DNA of 64,000 nucleotides from Dehalococcoidia bacterium. Lineage in GTDB: Bacteria > Chloroflexota > Dehalococcoidia > Lucifugimonadales > Lucifugimonadaceae. The translations under genes and the position numbers were made by a program. Of the stretch, positions 38,668-48,896 are shown one piece after another. Location: NCBI GenBank assembly GCA_046583495.1, contig JAYGCF010000008.1:7-64006 (forward strand), written 5' to 3'. Numbering within the stretch: the stretch's first letter is position 1; every line of letters begins with the position of its first letter. The notes beneath the pieces are model-generated. The model searched no databases. It saw only the letters and a program-made list of their open reading frames with translations, and was not told where the DNA came from.

Positions 38668-38916
38668 CTAGGCAGGTCTCAGGTCGAAACTGTAGCGCTC
38701 AATGACTGGGTTTGAAAGTAACTTTTCACACATCTCGGTCACGTGTTGCTCGGCTATAGTCTGATCACGTTCGTCGAGAGTTATCTCGATTAGCTTTCCT
38801 GCACGTACCCCCTCTACGGATTCAAATCCGAGCGTCGCCAGTGCCCGCGCAATCGTGATTCCCTGAGGATCGTTAACGGTCGGTTTTAGAGTCACCTTTA
38901 CAGTTGCCATAAACAT
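38668..38916 (-). CDS. purS: phosphoribosylformylglycinamidine synthase subunit PurS
   Basis: 82 aa. VKVTLKPTVNDPQGITIARAL..LGF is the typical PurS pattern. Confidence 0.9.
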   Translation of the reverse strand: MFMATVKVTLKPTVNDPQGITIARALATLGFESVEGVRAGKLIEITLDERDQTIAEQHVTEMCEKLLSNPVIERYSFDLRPA

Positions 38917-39608
38917 CAGAATAGGTTCCCCTGCACACTCTCAGGAGCTCGATCCAGGTAGGCGTCTATAAAGGCGTTTAGCCTGTCAGCATCGAATTCT
39001 TCCATCTTGTCCTGGTGTCGCCAGGAAGTGATAGCGATACGGCTGTCCATGTTGGGGTAGGGCGCAAGTATGAACTGTGCGCCCTGACCCGGTATCACAG
39101 ACTGAAGTTGTTCAAGAAGTTCGGTACAACCCTCTGGACAGTTGTAGTTCAGTATGATGCCACCGTGTTCTGCGTTGTGTATTTGCACTTCGTCTGGAAG
39201 TGGGGTTGTGTAGGCTCCCCAGCGTGCGGGTGAGCCCGTAGGAACGGTTTCCGTTGGGTTTGTTATCCAGTGAGGTCCCGAAGCAGCCGGCAATGTCAGG
39301 TATGGCCCGCCGGGTTCTCCGGGGGTTATGTGGGAACGTCCTTGGTCGTCCAAGATCGCGAGAGGCCCACCGGTGTTTAGGTTGTCGTTTGAACTAGTCT
39401 GTTTGCCGGAACCACCTGGCACGAGAAGGCTGATTATGAATAGAAGTGCTACCGATCCCGCGATAGCTACGTATATATAGCGTTTCCTGCGTTTACGAGC
39501 ATCCGACTTTAAGCGTCGTTGTGCGCGCAGCTGTCCGCGTGACATGCCTCTTCTGTTATCTGGTCTTGTGGTCGCGATTCGGTCTGGCATTTGTTCCTTT
39601 GTAGTCAT
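38916..39608 (-). CDS. DUF3105-like membrane-anchored protein
   Basis: Basic N-terminus, one TM (YIYVAIAGSVALLFIISLLV), then an extracytoplasmic domain with HNAEHGGIILNYNCPEGC. Its stop overlaps the purS start (TGATG). Confidence 0.6.
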   Translation of the reverse strand: MTTKEQMPDRIATTRPDNRRGMSRGQLRAQRRLKSDARKRRKRYIYVAIAGSVALLFIISLLVPGGSGKQTSSNDNLNTGGPLAILDDQGRSHITPGEPGGPYLTLPAASGPHWITNPTETVPTGSPARWGAYTTPLPDEVQIHNAEHGGIILNYNCPEGCTELLEQLQSVIPGQGAQFILAPYPNMDSRIAITSWRHQDKMEEFDADRLNAFIDAYLDRAPESVQGNLF

Positions 39609-39630
39609 CCGGATTCAACAGTGTGGAGAA

Positions 39631-40560
39631 TCAGGTGACAAATGTTTCTCCGGTTAAGCGCTCGTACGCCTGAATGTATCTATCACGTGTTTTACAAACA
39701 ATTTCGCCTGGCAACTCCGGAGCCGGTGGTTCACGATTCCATCCGCTCTCAAGAAGCCAGTTTCTCACGAATTGCTTGTCAAAGGCTGCAGGCGAAGCAC
39801 CAGGTGAGTAACTATCCTGCGCCCAGAACCTACTTGAGTCTGCGGTAAACAGTTCATCTATAAGGGTTAACTCCCCGTCGATAATCCCAAACTCCATCTT
39901 CGTATCGGCGATAATCATTCCACGTCCGGCGGCATAATCCTGGGCGACCCGGAATATGCCTACCGTGGCTTCTTCTAACTTTGTGGCCATCTCTCTGCCT
40001 ACCAGGTTTATAACTTCGGACGGAGTCATAGGCAGATCATGACCCTCCTCAGCCTTTGTACTAGGCGTGAAGATAGGAGGGACAAGTTTTTGGGCTTCGA
40101 CTATGCCTTGGTCAAGTGTCTGGCCGTTTAACGTGCCATGTTCAGCGTACTCGGCCCAGCCTGCACCGGTAATATAACCTCGCACAACACACTCGATGTC
40201 CAGGCGTTCAGCCCTACGTATCACCATGGAACGTCGGAGCATAGCGTCAGGTAGTTCTCCCAAGGCACCAGTTTTCGGTACGTCTGAGAGAGCACTTTCG
40301 TCGTCCGCCATGCCGATTAGATGGTTAGGCATTATTTCTGCTGTCAAGTTGAACCAAAACTTAGACATCTGGGCAAGGATTGTGCCTTTGTCCGGTATGC
40401 TTGGCGACAGGACGACATCAAATGCAGAGACCCGATCAGTGGCTATCATGAGTAGCCGACCATCGCCGATGTCGTAGGTGTCACGCACCTTGCCACGGTG
40501 AATCAATCCAGAAAAGTTCGTCTCGTTTACAGAAGGCAAGTCTGAATTACCTGCTCGCAA
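39631..40560 (-). CDS. purC: phosphoribosylaminoimidazole-succinocarboxamide (SAICAR) synthase
   Basis: GKVRDTYD, RVSAFD, IADTKMEFG. TTG start overlaps the purB 3' end. Confidence 0.95.
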   Translation of the reverse strand: MRAGNSDLPSVNETNFSGLIHRGKVRDTYDIGDGRLLMIATDRVSAFDVVLSPSIPDKGTILAQMSKFWFNLTAEIMPNHLIGMADDESALSDVPKTGALGELPDAMLRRSMVIRRAERLDIECVVRGYITGAGWAEYAEHGTLNGQTLDQGIVEAQKLVPPIFTPSTKAEEGHDLPMTPSEVINLVGREMATKLEEATVGIFRVAQDYAAGRGMIIADTKMEFGIIDGELTLIDELFTADSSRFWAQDSYSPGASPAAFDKQFVRNWLLESGWNREPPAPELPGEIVCKTRDRYIQAYERLTGETFVT

Positions 40561-41866
40561 CCGGAACCGAAAATCCTAGTCGGTCGTAAGTGTGTCGGGC
40601 ATAGCGCAGGAAGTGCATGTAGTCGAATAGTGTTTCCAGCACATCTCTTCCTATAAGGCTGACTACTTCGGAGTCATTACGCAGTAGTTCGCGGAAGTCC
40701 AATCCCTCGTCCCATGTCCGCATAGCAAGGCTTTGCACTTTCTTGTAGGCATCGGTACGAGGCATGCCAGATTCGACCAAGGCCAGCATTACTCTGGGCG
40801 AGAATGGGAGACCATTGGTCAACTCCAAGTTAAGCATCATTCTGTCCGGGTAGACGCGCATTCCACTAACGACAGCAGTGAATCTTTCTAGCATGTAGTC
40901 CACAGCCAATGACGAATCTGGGAGAATCATCCGCTCGGCAGACGAGTGACTGATATCACGCTCATGCCACAGAGGAACGTTGTCGAGGGCCGTAATGGTG
41001 TGGCCACGCACGAGCCTGGCGAGCCCACAGATACGCTCGCATATCTCGGGGTTCCGTTTGTGGGGCATTGCAGATGAACCGGTTGTAACGAATCCTGGTG
41101 TACCGAATGGTTCCTCGACTTCTCGTAATTCTGTGCGTTGGAGGGCTCTGATCTCCGTAGCAAATTTGTCTAGGGATGCTGCGATTAGTGCAAGTACCTG
41201 AATGTACTGGGCGTGTCTGTCTCTCTGTATTATCTGGTTAGATACTGGTGCCGGATCTAAACCAAGTTCCCGACATACCGTTTCTTCCACCTCGGGCGGG
41301 ACGCTCGCATATGTTCCAACAGGTCCGGATAGTTTTCCAACGGTCACCATTTCTCGGGTTTGAGCTAAACGCACCTTGTGGCGGCGCATTTCATCCCACC
41401 ATAAGGCGAACTTTAATCCGAAACTCATCGGCTCGGCGTGAATTCCATGGGACCGCCCCATGGCCGGTACATCGATGAACTCTTCGGCTCGTTTTCTGAG
41501 AGCGGACATAAGAAGATCTATGTCCGTATCTAACAGGTCGACAGCCTGCTTCAGTTGAACACTAAGTGCTGTGTCTTTAACGTCATTGGAGGTGAGGCCA
41601 TAGTGGATCCAACGACTTTCTTCGCCTAGCGACTCCATTACGGAACGAGTGAACGAGACGATGTCGTGCTTCGTTTCCTCGAAATGTTGGTCGTACAGGT
41701 TCATGTCGAATGAGGCATTCCTAATCAAATCCATATCTGATTGTGGTACTACGCCCATATTGGTCCATGCCTGGCTTGCGGCAATCTCTATGTCCAGCCA
41801 GATACCGTACATGTTCTCGTCCGACCATACTTTGCTCATCTGTGGTCGTGAGTAGCGAGGGATCAT
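40547..41866 (-). CDS. purB: adenylosuccinate lyase
   Basis: MIPRYSRPQM..., fumarate-lyase signature GSSAMPHKRNP. Confidence 0.95.
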   Translation of the reverse strand: MIPRYSRPQMSKVWSDENMYGIWLDIEIAASQAWTNMGVVPQSDMDLIRNASFDMNLYDQHFEETKHDIVSFTRSVMESLGEESRWIHYGLTSNDVKDTALSVQLKQAVDLLDTDIDLLMSALRKRAEEFIDVPAMGRSHGIHAEPMSFGLKFALWWDEMRRHKVRLAQTREMVTVGKLSGPVGTYASVPPEVEETVCRELGLDPAPVSNQIIQRDRHAQYIQVLALIAASLDKFATEIRALQRTELREVEEPFGTPGFVTTGSSAMPHKRNPEICERICGLARLVRGHTITALDNVPLWHERDISHSSAERMILPDSSLAVDYMLERFTAVVSGMRVYPDRMMLNLELTNGLPFSPRVMLALVESGMPRTDAYKKVQSLAMRTWDEGLDFRELLRNDSEVVSLIGRDVLETLFDYMHFLRYARHTYDRLGFSVPVASR

Positions 41867-41930
41867 TCTGAGGCTTTCATCGACTTTGGGTTGTTAGCTG
41901 GTCGTGTTTCATTGATCGAGTTCTTGAGTT

Positions 41931-42617
41931 CTAATCACCGAAACTGAGTTCAGAAATATAGGCGGTTATAGAGTGAAAATTTTCGAACTCTACGGCTTTA
42001 ATTTCGTTCATGTTGCAGTAGTCGAGTAGACTCGACCTGGCGAATACAGTATCGGCTTTTTGCGCAGCACAAGAGTCGGATCGTAGTCCGTCCCCAATGA
42101 ATATGACGTATTCTCCTGACGATTTGGCTAACTCGACAGGTTGGCATTTGCAGACCGCCCAGTCCCGACAATGCTCCCGAAAAGATGGGTAATCGTACCT
42201 GAACGACATAGTCCCGCCGTTCGACCGTATCGGCGACCCCGTCACAGACAGAATTGGAACGTTTGGTAGTCCGTGTGCTTCAAGTACGGGATCGATGTAA
42301 AAGTCTATCCCCGCTGAAGCGATGATGAACTCCCCGTTCATGGCCCGAGTAGCTTCGACGGCTGTTCTAAATCCAGGCCTTAAACTCACGTTTTCACGCG
42401 CGTATGCAGACAATTCCTCTATCGACACTGTCACCGTGTTAAACATTTCTTCCTGGTACTCGCGAAATGGTAAGGCGCCTGAGCGATAAGACTCCTGTAT
42501 GGCCTGAGAGCCCGGCCCTCCGAACTCAGTCAACAGAAGTTGCGCTGCATTGCAGTCGGCTGCTGTGTCGTCAAAGTCACAGACGACAAGTAAATTGCGT
42601 TCAGATCGTGACTTCAT
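41931..42617 (-). CDS. HAD-IB phosphatase (MtnX/PSP-like)
   Basis: DxDxT motif VVCDFDDTAA and FIGDGLRSD. Its start overlaps the purD stop (ATGA). Confidence 0.7.
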   Translation of the reverse strand: MKSRSERNLLVVCDFDDTAADCNAAQLLLTEFGGPGSQAIQESYRSGALPFREYQEEMFNTVTVSIEELSAYARENVSLRPGFRTAVEATRAMNGEFIIASAGIDFYIDPVLEAHGLPNVPILSVTGSPIRSNGGTMSFRYDYPSFREHCRDWAVCKCQPVELAKSSGEYVIFIGDGLRSDSCAAQKADTVFARSSLLDYCNMNEIKAVEFENFHSITAYISELSFGD

Positions 42618-43894
42618 GGTTTAGAGGAATTCATCGCGCGTTCCGCGATGTCCGTGCGATATTCCGCTCCGTCAAAGTTGATTCCTTGAGCAGCCCGGTA
42701 TGCTAGAAGCCGAGCCTCTGCCACGTTCGAGCCCCGAGCAACAACGTTTAGCACTCGACCTCCGGCAGTCCAGACCGTTCCGTCATCTCTTTCAGTCGTT
42801 CCAGCGTGAAAAATGTCAACCGAACTAGGAACGCTCGAGATACCGGTGATTAACTTTCTGGTCTCATAACGGCCGGGGTAACCGCCAGATGCCATAACTA
42901 GACATACGCCGGCCTGATTATTCCACTGGACGTCCATCTGGTCTAGATGACCTTCAGCAGCCTGTCGTGCTATGTGTAGTAGATCCGTATCAAGTCGGGA
43001 TAAAACCACCTGTGCCTCTGGATCTCCGAAACGGCAATTGAATTCGATCACGCGTGGACCGGATTCTGTGAGCATTAGCCCCGCATATAGGATTCCCGTA
43101 AAAGGTGACCCCTCTGCATCCATTGCAAGGGCTATAGGTTCCAGTATTTCGTTCCTGATTTTTGTGGCCAGTGAAGGCGTCCACAATTCGGGAGGGGTGT
43201 ACGCTCCCATTCCCCCAGTGTTTGGGCCTTCGTCATTATCGTACGCGCGTTTGTAATCACAGGCCGAAACTTCGTTAGATACTGTCTTACCATCAACGAA
43301 TGCAAAGACACTGATTTCAGGACCCTCTAAACACTCTTCAATGACCACGGTCGAGCCTGCGTCGCCAAATATATGGCCGCCTATCATCTCGACCACAGCT
43401 TCGGATGCTTCCTGTCGAGACTCCGCAATAATTACCCCTTTGCCTGCAGCGAGTCCATCTGCCTTTACGACCACGCGGCCTTCCGGTAATGAGGCGATGT
43501 GAGTGATGGATTCTTCCATTGATTGGAAAGTAGCAAATCGAGCCGTTGGAACCCCGTGCCTTGCCATAAGCCGTTTGGCCCAACTTTTGGAAGATTCAAT
43601 CCGTGCTGCGGCTGCGGTAGGTCCAAAGACTAGGATTCCGGCCATCTTGAGCTGATCAGCCAGTCCGTCTGCTAACGGAGCTTCAGGACCCACAATCACT
43701 AAATCGACTGAACGCTCCTTGGCCAGGGCCACCAGTCCGATCACGTCGTCTATGGCGACGGATACATTTACACCAACTGCAGAAGTTCCTGGATTGCCGG
43801 GAGCTATGATCAGATGATCTAACAATGGGCTTTTGCTGATGGCGGCAGCCATCGCGTGCTCGCGTCCACCCGAACCGATGAGTAAGACCCTCAA
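42614..43894 (-). CDS. purD: phosphoribosylamine-glycine ligase
   Basis: MRVLLIGSGGREHA..., ATP-grasp core, NCRFGDPE. Confidence 0.95.
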   Translation of the reverse strand: MRVLLIGSGGREHAMAAAISKSPLLDHLIIAPGNPGTSAVGVNVSVAIDDVIGLVALAKERSVDLVIVGPEAPLADGLADQLKMAGILVFGPTAAAARIESSKSWAKRLMARHGVPTARFATFQSMEESITHIASLPEGRVVVKADGLAAGKGVIIAESRQEASEAVVEMIGGHIFGDAGSTVVIEECLEGPEISVFAFVDGKTVSNEVSACDYKRAYDNDEGPNTGGMGAYTPPELWTPSLATKIRNEILEPIALAMDAEGSPFTGILYAGLMLTESGPRVIEFNCRFGDPEAQVVLSRLDTDLLHIARQAAEGHLDQMDVQWNNQAGVCLVMASGGYPGRYETRKLITGISSVPSSVDIFHAGTTERDDGTVWTAGGRVLNVVARGSNVAEARLLAYRAAQGINFDGAEYRTDIAERAMNSSKP

Positions 43895-43937
43895 CTTATA
43901 TTATCCTGGCGTTCAAAGCGCTTATACAGGGTTGAGA

Positions 43938-45644
43938 TCATTCCCACTCTATGGTGCCCGGAGGCTTGCTAGTTATGTCTAGGACTACCCTGTTTACCTG
44001 ACCGACTTCGTTCACTATGCGGTTCGAGATTCGGTCAAGCGTGTCGTACGGAAGTTTCGCCCAGTCCGCGGTCATCGCGTCCTCACTGGTAACGGCTCGG
44101 ATAGCGACCACGTAACTGTAGGTTCGTCTGTCTCCCATAACACCGACCGTCTTCGTGTCAGTCAGTACGGCAAACGACTGCCATAGTTGGTCGTAAAGGT
44201 TGTCGTTCTTGATCTCGTCCATGACTATCCAGTCAGCCCCGCGTAGTGTTTCGAGCTTTTCAAATGTGATGTCCCCGATCACCCTGATAGCCAGACCTGG
44301 TCCAGGGAAGGGTTGTCGGTTTAGCACCTCTTCGGCAATTCCAAGCTCCGCTCCGGCAAGTCGTACCTCATCCTTGAAAAGGTATCGCAGGGGTTCTACC
44401 AACTTCAGATCCATGTGTTCTGGAAGTCCGCCAACGTTGTGATGTGACTTGATCACGTGCGCTGCTTTGGTCTCGGCTGAAGTGCTTTCTATGACATCGG
44501 GATAGAGAGTGCCCTGCGCAAGGAAGTCCACTTCACCAAGGGCGTCTGCTTCCTCTTCGAACACCCCAATGAACTCTCGACCAATTATTTTGCGTTTCTC
44601 CTCCGGATCAGTGACACCCTTGAGGGCTGATAGGAATCGTTCGGAGGCGTCGATGTATAGGAGTTTCAAGCCAAGGGTGCGGCCAAAGACGGTTTGAACA
44701 CGTTCGGCTTCTTCACGTCTGAGAAGTCCGTTATTTACGAAAATACACGTGAGATTGTCGCCTATAGCTCGGTGAAGTAGGACTGCGGCTACCGCAGAGT
44801 CAACGCCGCCGGAAAGGGCACATATGACCTTTCCACTTCCAACCTGTTGCTGAATCCTTTCGATTGCCTCTGTGACGAAGTGCCCCGGGGTCCAGTCGCC
44901 AGCCGCTCCACAGATTTTGTGAACGAAATTACTGAGCAGTTGAGCACCCTGGGGTGTGTGTGCTACTTCGGGATGAAACTGTATGCCGTAAATTCCGGCA
45001 TCGTTGCCGATAGCTGCCACAGGTGAATTATCTGAATACGCTAGCGAAATGAAACCCGGAGGGAGTGTTTCAATACGATCACCATGGCTCATCCAGACAG
45101 GCGACGCCTCGTCCATACCATCGAACAGGTCGGTAGTCTGATTGTTCTTATGTATTACGGCGTAACCATATTCTTGTTGCAACCCAGCTGCGACCTTACC
45201 GCCGAGCTGATGGGCGAGCGCCTGCATGCCGTAGCAGATGCCAAGGACTGGAACTCCTGATTCGAACACCCAGCCCGGGGTTAGTGGTGCATCTTCTTCA
45301 TAGACGCTATTTGGCCCTCCAGACAGAATGACTCCTACCACGTTTTTGCCGTCCAATACGGAACCTTTTGCAGAGTGTGGCACTATCTCGCAGAAGACAT
45401 TCGCTTCACGAACGCGTCGAGCTATTAAATGGGAATACTGTGAGCCGAAGTCCATGATGATGACTGTTTCGGGCTCTGATGTGTCCTGGTCGGCACGGCC
45501 TCCGCGCACCCGTTCTCCTGATGCGATTTCTAGATACGTGGCGACCTCTATGTCACCGGTCGTCGCCACGCGGCGGCTATCTGCGACCGCTTGTTCAAGA
45601 GCTTCTTGTGGGGTCTGCGCGTTGTCTTCTGGCATAGCTCCCAT
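43938..45644 (-). CDS. guaA: GMP synthase (glutamine-hydrolysing), with a ~55-aa N-terminal extension
   Basis: [26 protein letters not shown] (catalytic Cys), [10 protein letters not shown]-loop, C-terminal ...KPPGTIEWE. Confidence 0.95.
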   Translation of the reverse strand: MGAMPEDNAQTPQEALEQAVADSRRVATTGDIEVATYLEIASGERVRGGRADQDTSEPETVIIMDFGSQYSHLIARRVREANVFCEIVPHSAKGSVLDGKNVVGVILSGGPNSVYEEDAPLTPGWVFESGVPVLGICYGMQALAHQLGGKVAAGLQQEYGYAVIHKNNQTTDLFDGMDEASPVWMSHGDRIETLPPGFISLAYSDNSPVAAIGNDAGIYGIQFHPEVAHTPQGAQLLSNFVHKICGAAGDWTPGHFVTEAIERIQQQVGSGKVICALSGGVDSAVAAVLLHRAIGDNLTCIFVNNGLLRREEAERVQTVFGRTLGLKLLYIDASERFLSALKGVTDPEEKRKIIGREFIGVFEEEADALGEVDFLAQGTLYPDVIESTSAETKAAHVIKSHHNVGGLPEHMDLKLVEPLRYLFKDEVRLAGAELGIAEEVLNRQPFPGPGLAIRVIGDITFEKLETLRGADWIVMDEIKNDNLYDQLWQSFAVLTDTKTVGVMGDRRTYSYVVAIRAVTSEDAMTADWAKLPYDTLDRISNRIVNEVGQVNRVVLDITSKPPGTIEWE

Positions 45645-45867
45645 TTTTGGGGTCGACCGATGCTACCTTTGCAGTCCATGACATCGGGGCTGGATAGGGT
45701 GAAACAAGATATCAAACGCTAGCACCCGTGCTAAACTCCGTCAACGTAATTTGTTCGTATGAAATGAGTTCCTAACCATTCTTGGAAGTGCTGGAGAGAC
45801 GGACGTTGTGGAGAACATTAGTAGTCAAAATCAGGAGCCGCACGTTGCGACGCCTCGGAGTATTTAG

Positions 45868-46515
45868 TTGAGACGCGACACGAGCAGATCTGATTTCGCC
45901 CCGTGTATCGACACATCTATCACGACAGCTGTGGAAGTAATGCGCAGTGGGGGAGTTGTAGCTTTCCCAACCGATACCTTCTACGGTCTCGGCGTAGACC
46001 CTTTTAACGAAGACGCGGTGCGATCAATTTTTCGTATCAAGGGCCGGCCAGTCGATAGTCCGGTTCCTATCTTACTAGGTGAGATGGACGATCTTCGTTT
46101 GGTGTCCACTCAACCAACAATGGAAGTTTACAAACTTGCAATGGCATTCTGGCCGGGCGCGCTGACGCTGGTACTTCAGTCGGTTCATGAACTCCCAGAT
46201 GTGGTCTCGGCAGGTGCCGGAACGGTCGGTGTTCGCGTTCCGGATCATGCTGTACCGCGCGATATAGCGCGTTCCTTTGGTGGGCCTGTCACGGGGACAT
46301 CCGCAAATATTTCGGGGCAGGAACCGTTGAAGACAGCGGATGAGGTGAGATTAGCTTTCGGAGACACAATTGATTTCATTGTGGATGGCAATTGTGGGGC
46401 TCATTCACAGGCTTCAACGGTCGTAGACTTCTCTGTAGCCCCCCCCGTGGTGCGGCGTCACGGGGCCATACCATTAGATTCCCTTCAGAGAATTTGCACT
46501 GACATTGTCGGTTAA
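45868..46515 (+). CDS. tsaC: L-threonylcarbamoyladenylate synthase (TsaC/YwlC type)
   Basis: VVAFPTDTFYGLGVDP, IKGRP, GTSANISG. Confidence 0.85.
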   Translation: MRRDTSRSDFAPCIDTSITTAVEVMRSGGVVAFPTDTFYGLGVDPFNEDAVRSIFRIKGRPVDSPVPILLGEMDDLRLVSTQPTMEVYKLAMAFWPGALTLVLQSVHELPDVVSAGAGTVGVRVPDHAVPRDIARSFGGPVTGTSANISGQEPLKTADEVRLAFGDTIDFIVDGNCGAHSQASTVVDFSVAPPVVRRHGAIPLDSLQRICTDIVG

Positions 46516-46582
46516 CGTCAACCTTAGCCGACTATAAATAAAATACCTCTTCGTAAACGAAAATGAACGGTGATGCCGACGT

Positions 46583-47659
46583 ATGACGACTATGTCATGG
46601 GATGCTCCGACCGGATTAATTAAATGGCAAGATGAGCTCGAATCTGCGCTCAAGGCCCTCGTTTCCGAACGTCCATTGACGCTCTATCGCATGATGGGAT
46701 ACCACATGGGATGGGTTGAGACGACGGGTGAACCAAGTACCATCCCTCTGCCATTACGTGTGCATGGAGGGCTTACCTTATTAGCATGCGAGAGTATGGG
46801 AGGGGAGTATGTGGTTGGGCTTCCGCATGCAAGTGCAATCGAATACCTCTATAACCACGTTCTGATTCATGACGATATACGTGACGGCAACACTGAACGT
46901 GACGGTAGGCCCTCTGTATGGTGGTCTTGGGGACCAGCGCAGGCGATTAACACCGGAGATGGGATGCACGCGCTGGCACGACTGGCCTTATTTGAGGCAC
47001 GCAATAACGGGTTGTCCGTCGATTCAGTGATCAATGCTATCCACGTACTGGACCAGGCGAATCTCAAGACCTGTGAAGGGCAATACAGCGACATCACACT
47101 TCAGGAACGTCTCGATATCGGAGTGACAGAGTATCTGTCTATGGCTGAATCGCAGACTGGCGCATTGGTTTCCTGTGCTGTTCAACTGGGGGCACTTGCC
47201 AGTGGCAACGACGTGAGTGATTCACTGAATAGTCTTGACCAGTTTGGGCGCAAGTTGGGTGCGGCAATACGTTTAGCAGACGATTGTGACGTGTTTTGGC
47301 CTATCGGTCAGCGAGACGAGGCACGGCAGGGGAGACTCGTAGCGAAAAAGAAAACGCTGCCAGTTGCTCACGTTATCGAGTCTGGTTCTCCCACTGACCG
47401 GCGCAGAATTGGAGAGATCTACATGGAACGCGTGATCGACCCTTCAGCCGCTGAAACTCTCACTGAGGTATTGGACGCCGCAGGAAGTAAGGATTTCTCA
47501 GCTTCGACTATTTGCCGCTTGCTTGATGAGGCCACCCAGGAACTCGAGTCATCGAATATTCCAGCTAAAGCGATTGACCAATTAAGCGAAGCCGCTCGAT
47601 TCCTCGCGACTCCAAGAGGCACGGTATCGATCGACCGCCCATCCGTGGAGAATCCCTAG
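46583..47659 (+). CDS. polyprenyl-synthetase-family protein with degenerate second Asp-rich motif
   Basis: MMGYHMGW and the first motif LIHDDIRDGNTERDGRPSVW (DDxxD) are present. The second site reads RLADDCDVFW instead of DDxxD. Confidence 0.65.
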   Translation: MTTMSWDAPTGLIKWQDELESALKALVSERPLTLYRMMGYHMGWVETTGEPSTIPLPLRVHGGLTLLACESMGGEYVVGLPHASAIEYLYNHVLIHDDIRDGNTERDGRPSVWWSWGPAQAINTGDGMHALARLALFEARNNGLSVDSVINAIHVLDQANLKTCEGQYSDITLQERLDIGVTEYLSMAESQTGALVSCAVQLGALASGNDVSDSLNSLDQFGRKLGAAIRLADDCDVFWPIGQRDEARQGRLVAKKKTLPVAHVIESGSPTDRRRIGEIYMERVIDPSAAETLTEVLDAAGSKDFSASTICRLLDEATQELESSNIPAKAIDQLSEAARFLATPRGTVSIDRPSVENP

Positions 47660-48853
47660 ATGCCCGTTGTCGGTAAAAAGACCGTTGACGACATTGACCT
47701 TAACGGCAAACGCATACTCATGCGCGTGGACTTCAACGTTCCTATGTCGTCACTGGATAACTCTATATCGGACGACTCACGGATACGGGCTGTATTACCA
47801 ACTATCGAATACCTACGAGACCATGCCTGCCGGGTGATGCTGTGTTCGCACATGGGACGGCCTGAAGGTGAAGTCTCCCCTGATCTTCGTCTGAAGCCCG
47901 TACGCGAACGTCTCTCGGAGTTGTTAGGAGCAGAAGTCGTTGATGGACGAGGTCCGGCGGGCAAAGTGCCGGGACTGGTGATGGATGGGCTTCAACCGGC
48001 CGACGTGGCACTCTTGGAAAACCTCCGATTTAACAAACGTGAAGAAATGAATGATCCCGGTTTCGCACGTAAACTTGCCTCGTTGGCCGATATTTACGTA
48101 AACGATGCGTTCGGAACCGCTCATCGAGCGCATGCGTCGACTGATGGCGTGGCTAAACACTTACCCTCAGTGGCCGGGTTTCTGATGGCACGTGAATTGG
48201 ATATGCTGGGATCGTGCCTGGAAAGCCCCAATAAGCCGGTGATAGCTGTCATAGGTGGAGCCAAAGTATCCGACAAGATTGCCGTCCTCTCACACCTTGC
48301 TAAAAAGGTCGATACCGTGCTTATCGGTGGTGGAATGGTTGCGGCTTTCCTGGCCGCTTCGGGACATATGGATTCCGACCCAGGCGAGTTCGTTGAGATC
48401 GAGGCGGCTCGTTCTCTCCTCAATGATTCGCCGGCGGAAATCCTGATCCCCAATGATGTTGTTTCGTCGGAAGAATTCGCGGCCAGTGCCAAACCACTGA
48501 TAACAGGAGTGTCACAGTTAACTTCTGGATCACTTGTCCTTGATATCGGACCGGCTACGGTGGCGCTTTATTCAGAGGTGATATCTAAGGCAAAGACGGT
48601 TATATGGAACGGCCCTATGGGGGTATTTGAATGGCCAGAATTTGCGATTGGCACAACTGCGATCGCAAAAGCTATTGCCGCGAATTCTGACGCTGTCAGC
48701 GTCGTGGGTGGTGGCTCTACTGTCGAAGCAGTGGGTTCGCTCGGACTGCGTGATCAAATAACTCACGTTTCCACGGGTGGTGGTGCCTCTCTAGAGTTCC
48801 TGGAGGGCAAAGTATTGCCCGGCGTGGCAGCCCTTACGGATGCCGAAGAATAG
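47660..48853 (+). CDS. pgk: phosphoglycerate kinase
   Basis: RVDFNVP, NLRF, GGAKVSDKI, STGGGASLE. Confidence 0.95.
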   Translation: MPVVGKKTVDDIDLNGKRILMRVDFNVPMSSLDNSISDDSRIRAVLPTIEYLRDHACRVMLCSHMGRPEGEVSPDLRLKPVRERLSELLGAEVVDGRGPAGKVPGLVMDGLQPADVALLENLRFNKREEMNDPGFARKLASLADIYVNDAFGTAHRAHASTDGVAKHLPSVAGFLMARELDMLGSCLESPNKPVIAVIGGAKVSDKIAVLSHLAKKVDTVLIGGGMVAAFLAASGHMDSDPGEFVEIEAARSLLNDSPAEILIPNDVVSSEEFAASAKPLITGVSQLTSGSLVLDIGPATVALYSEVISKAKTVIWNGPMGVFEWPEFAIGTTAIAKAIAANSDAVSVVGGGSTVEAVGSLGLRDQITHVSTGGGASLEFLEGKVLPGVAALTDAEE

Positions 48854-48896
48854 TCAGAAATAACGATCTGAAGAACGAATAAAAGAAGGATAAATA

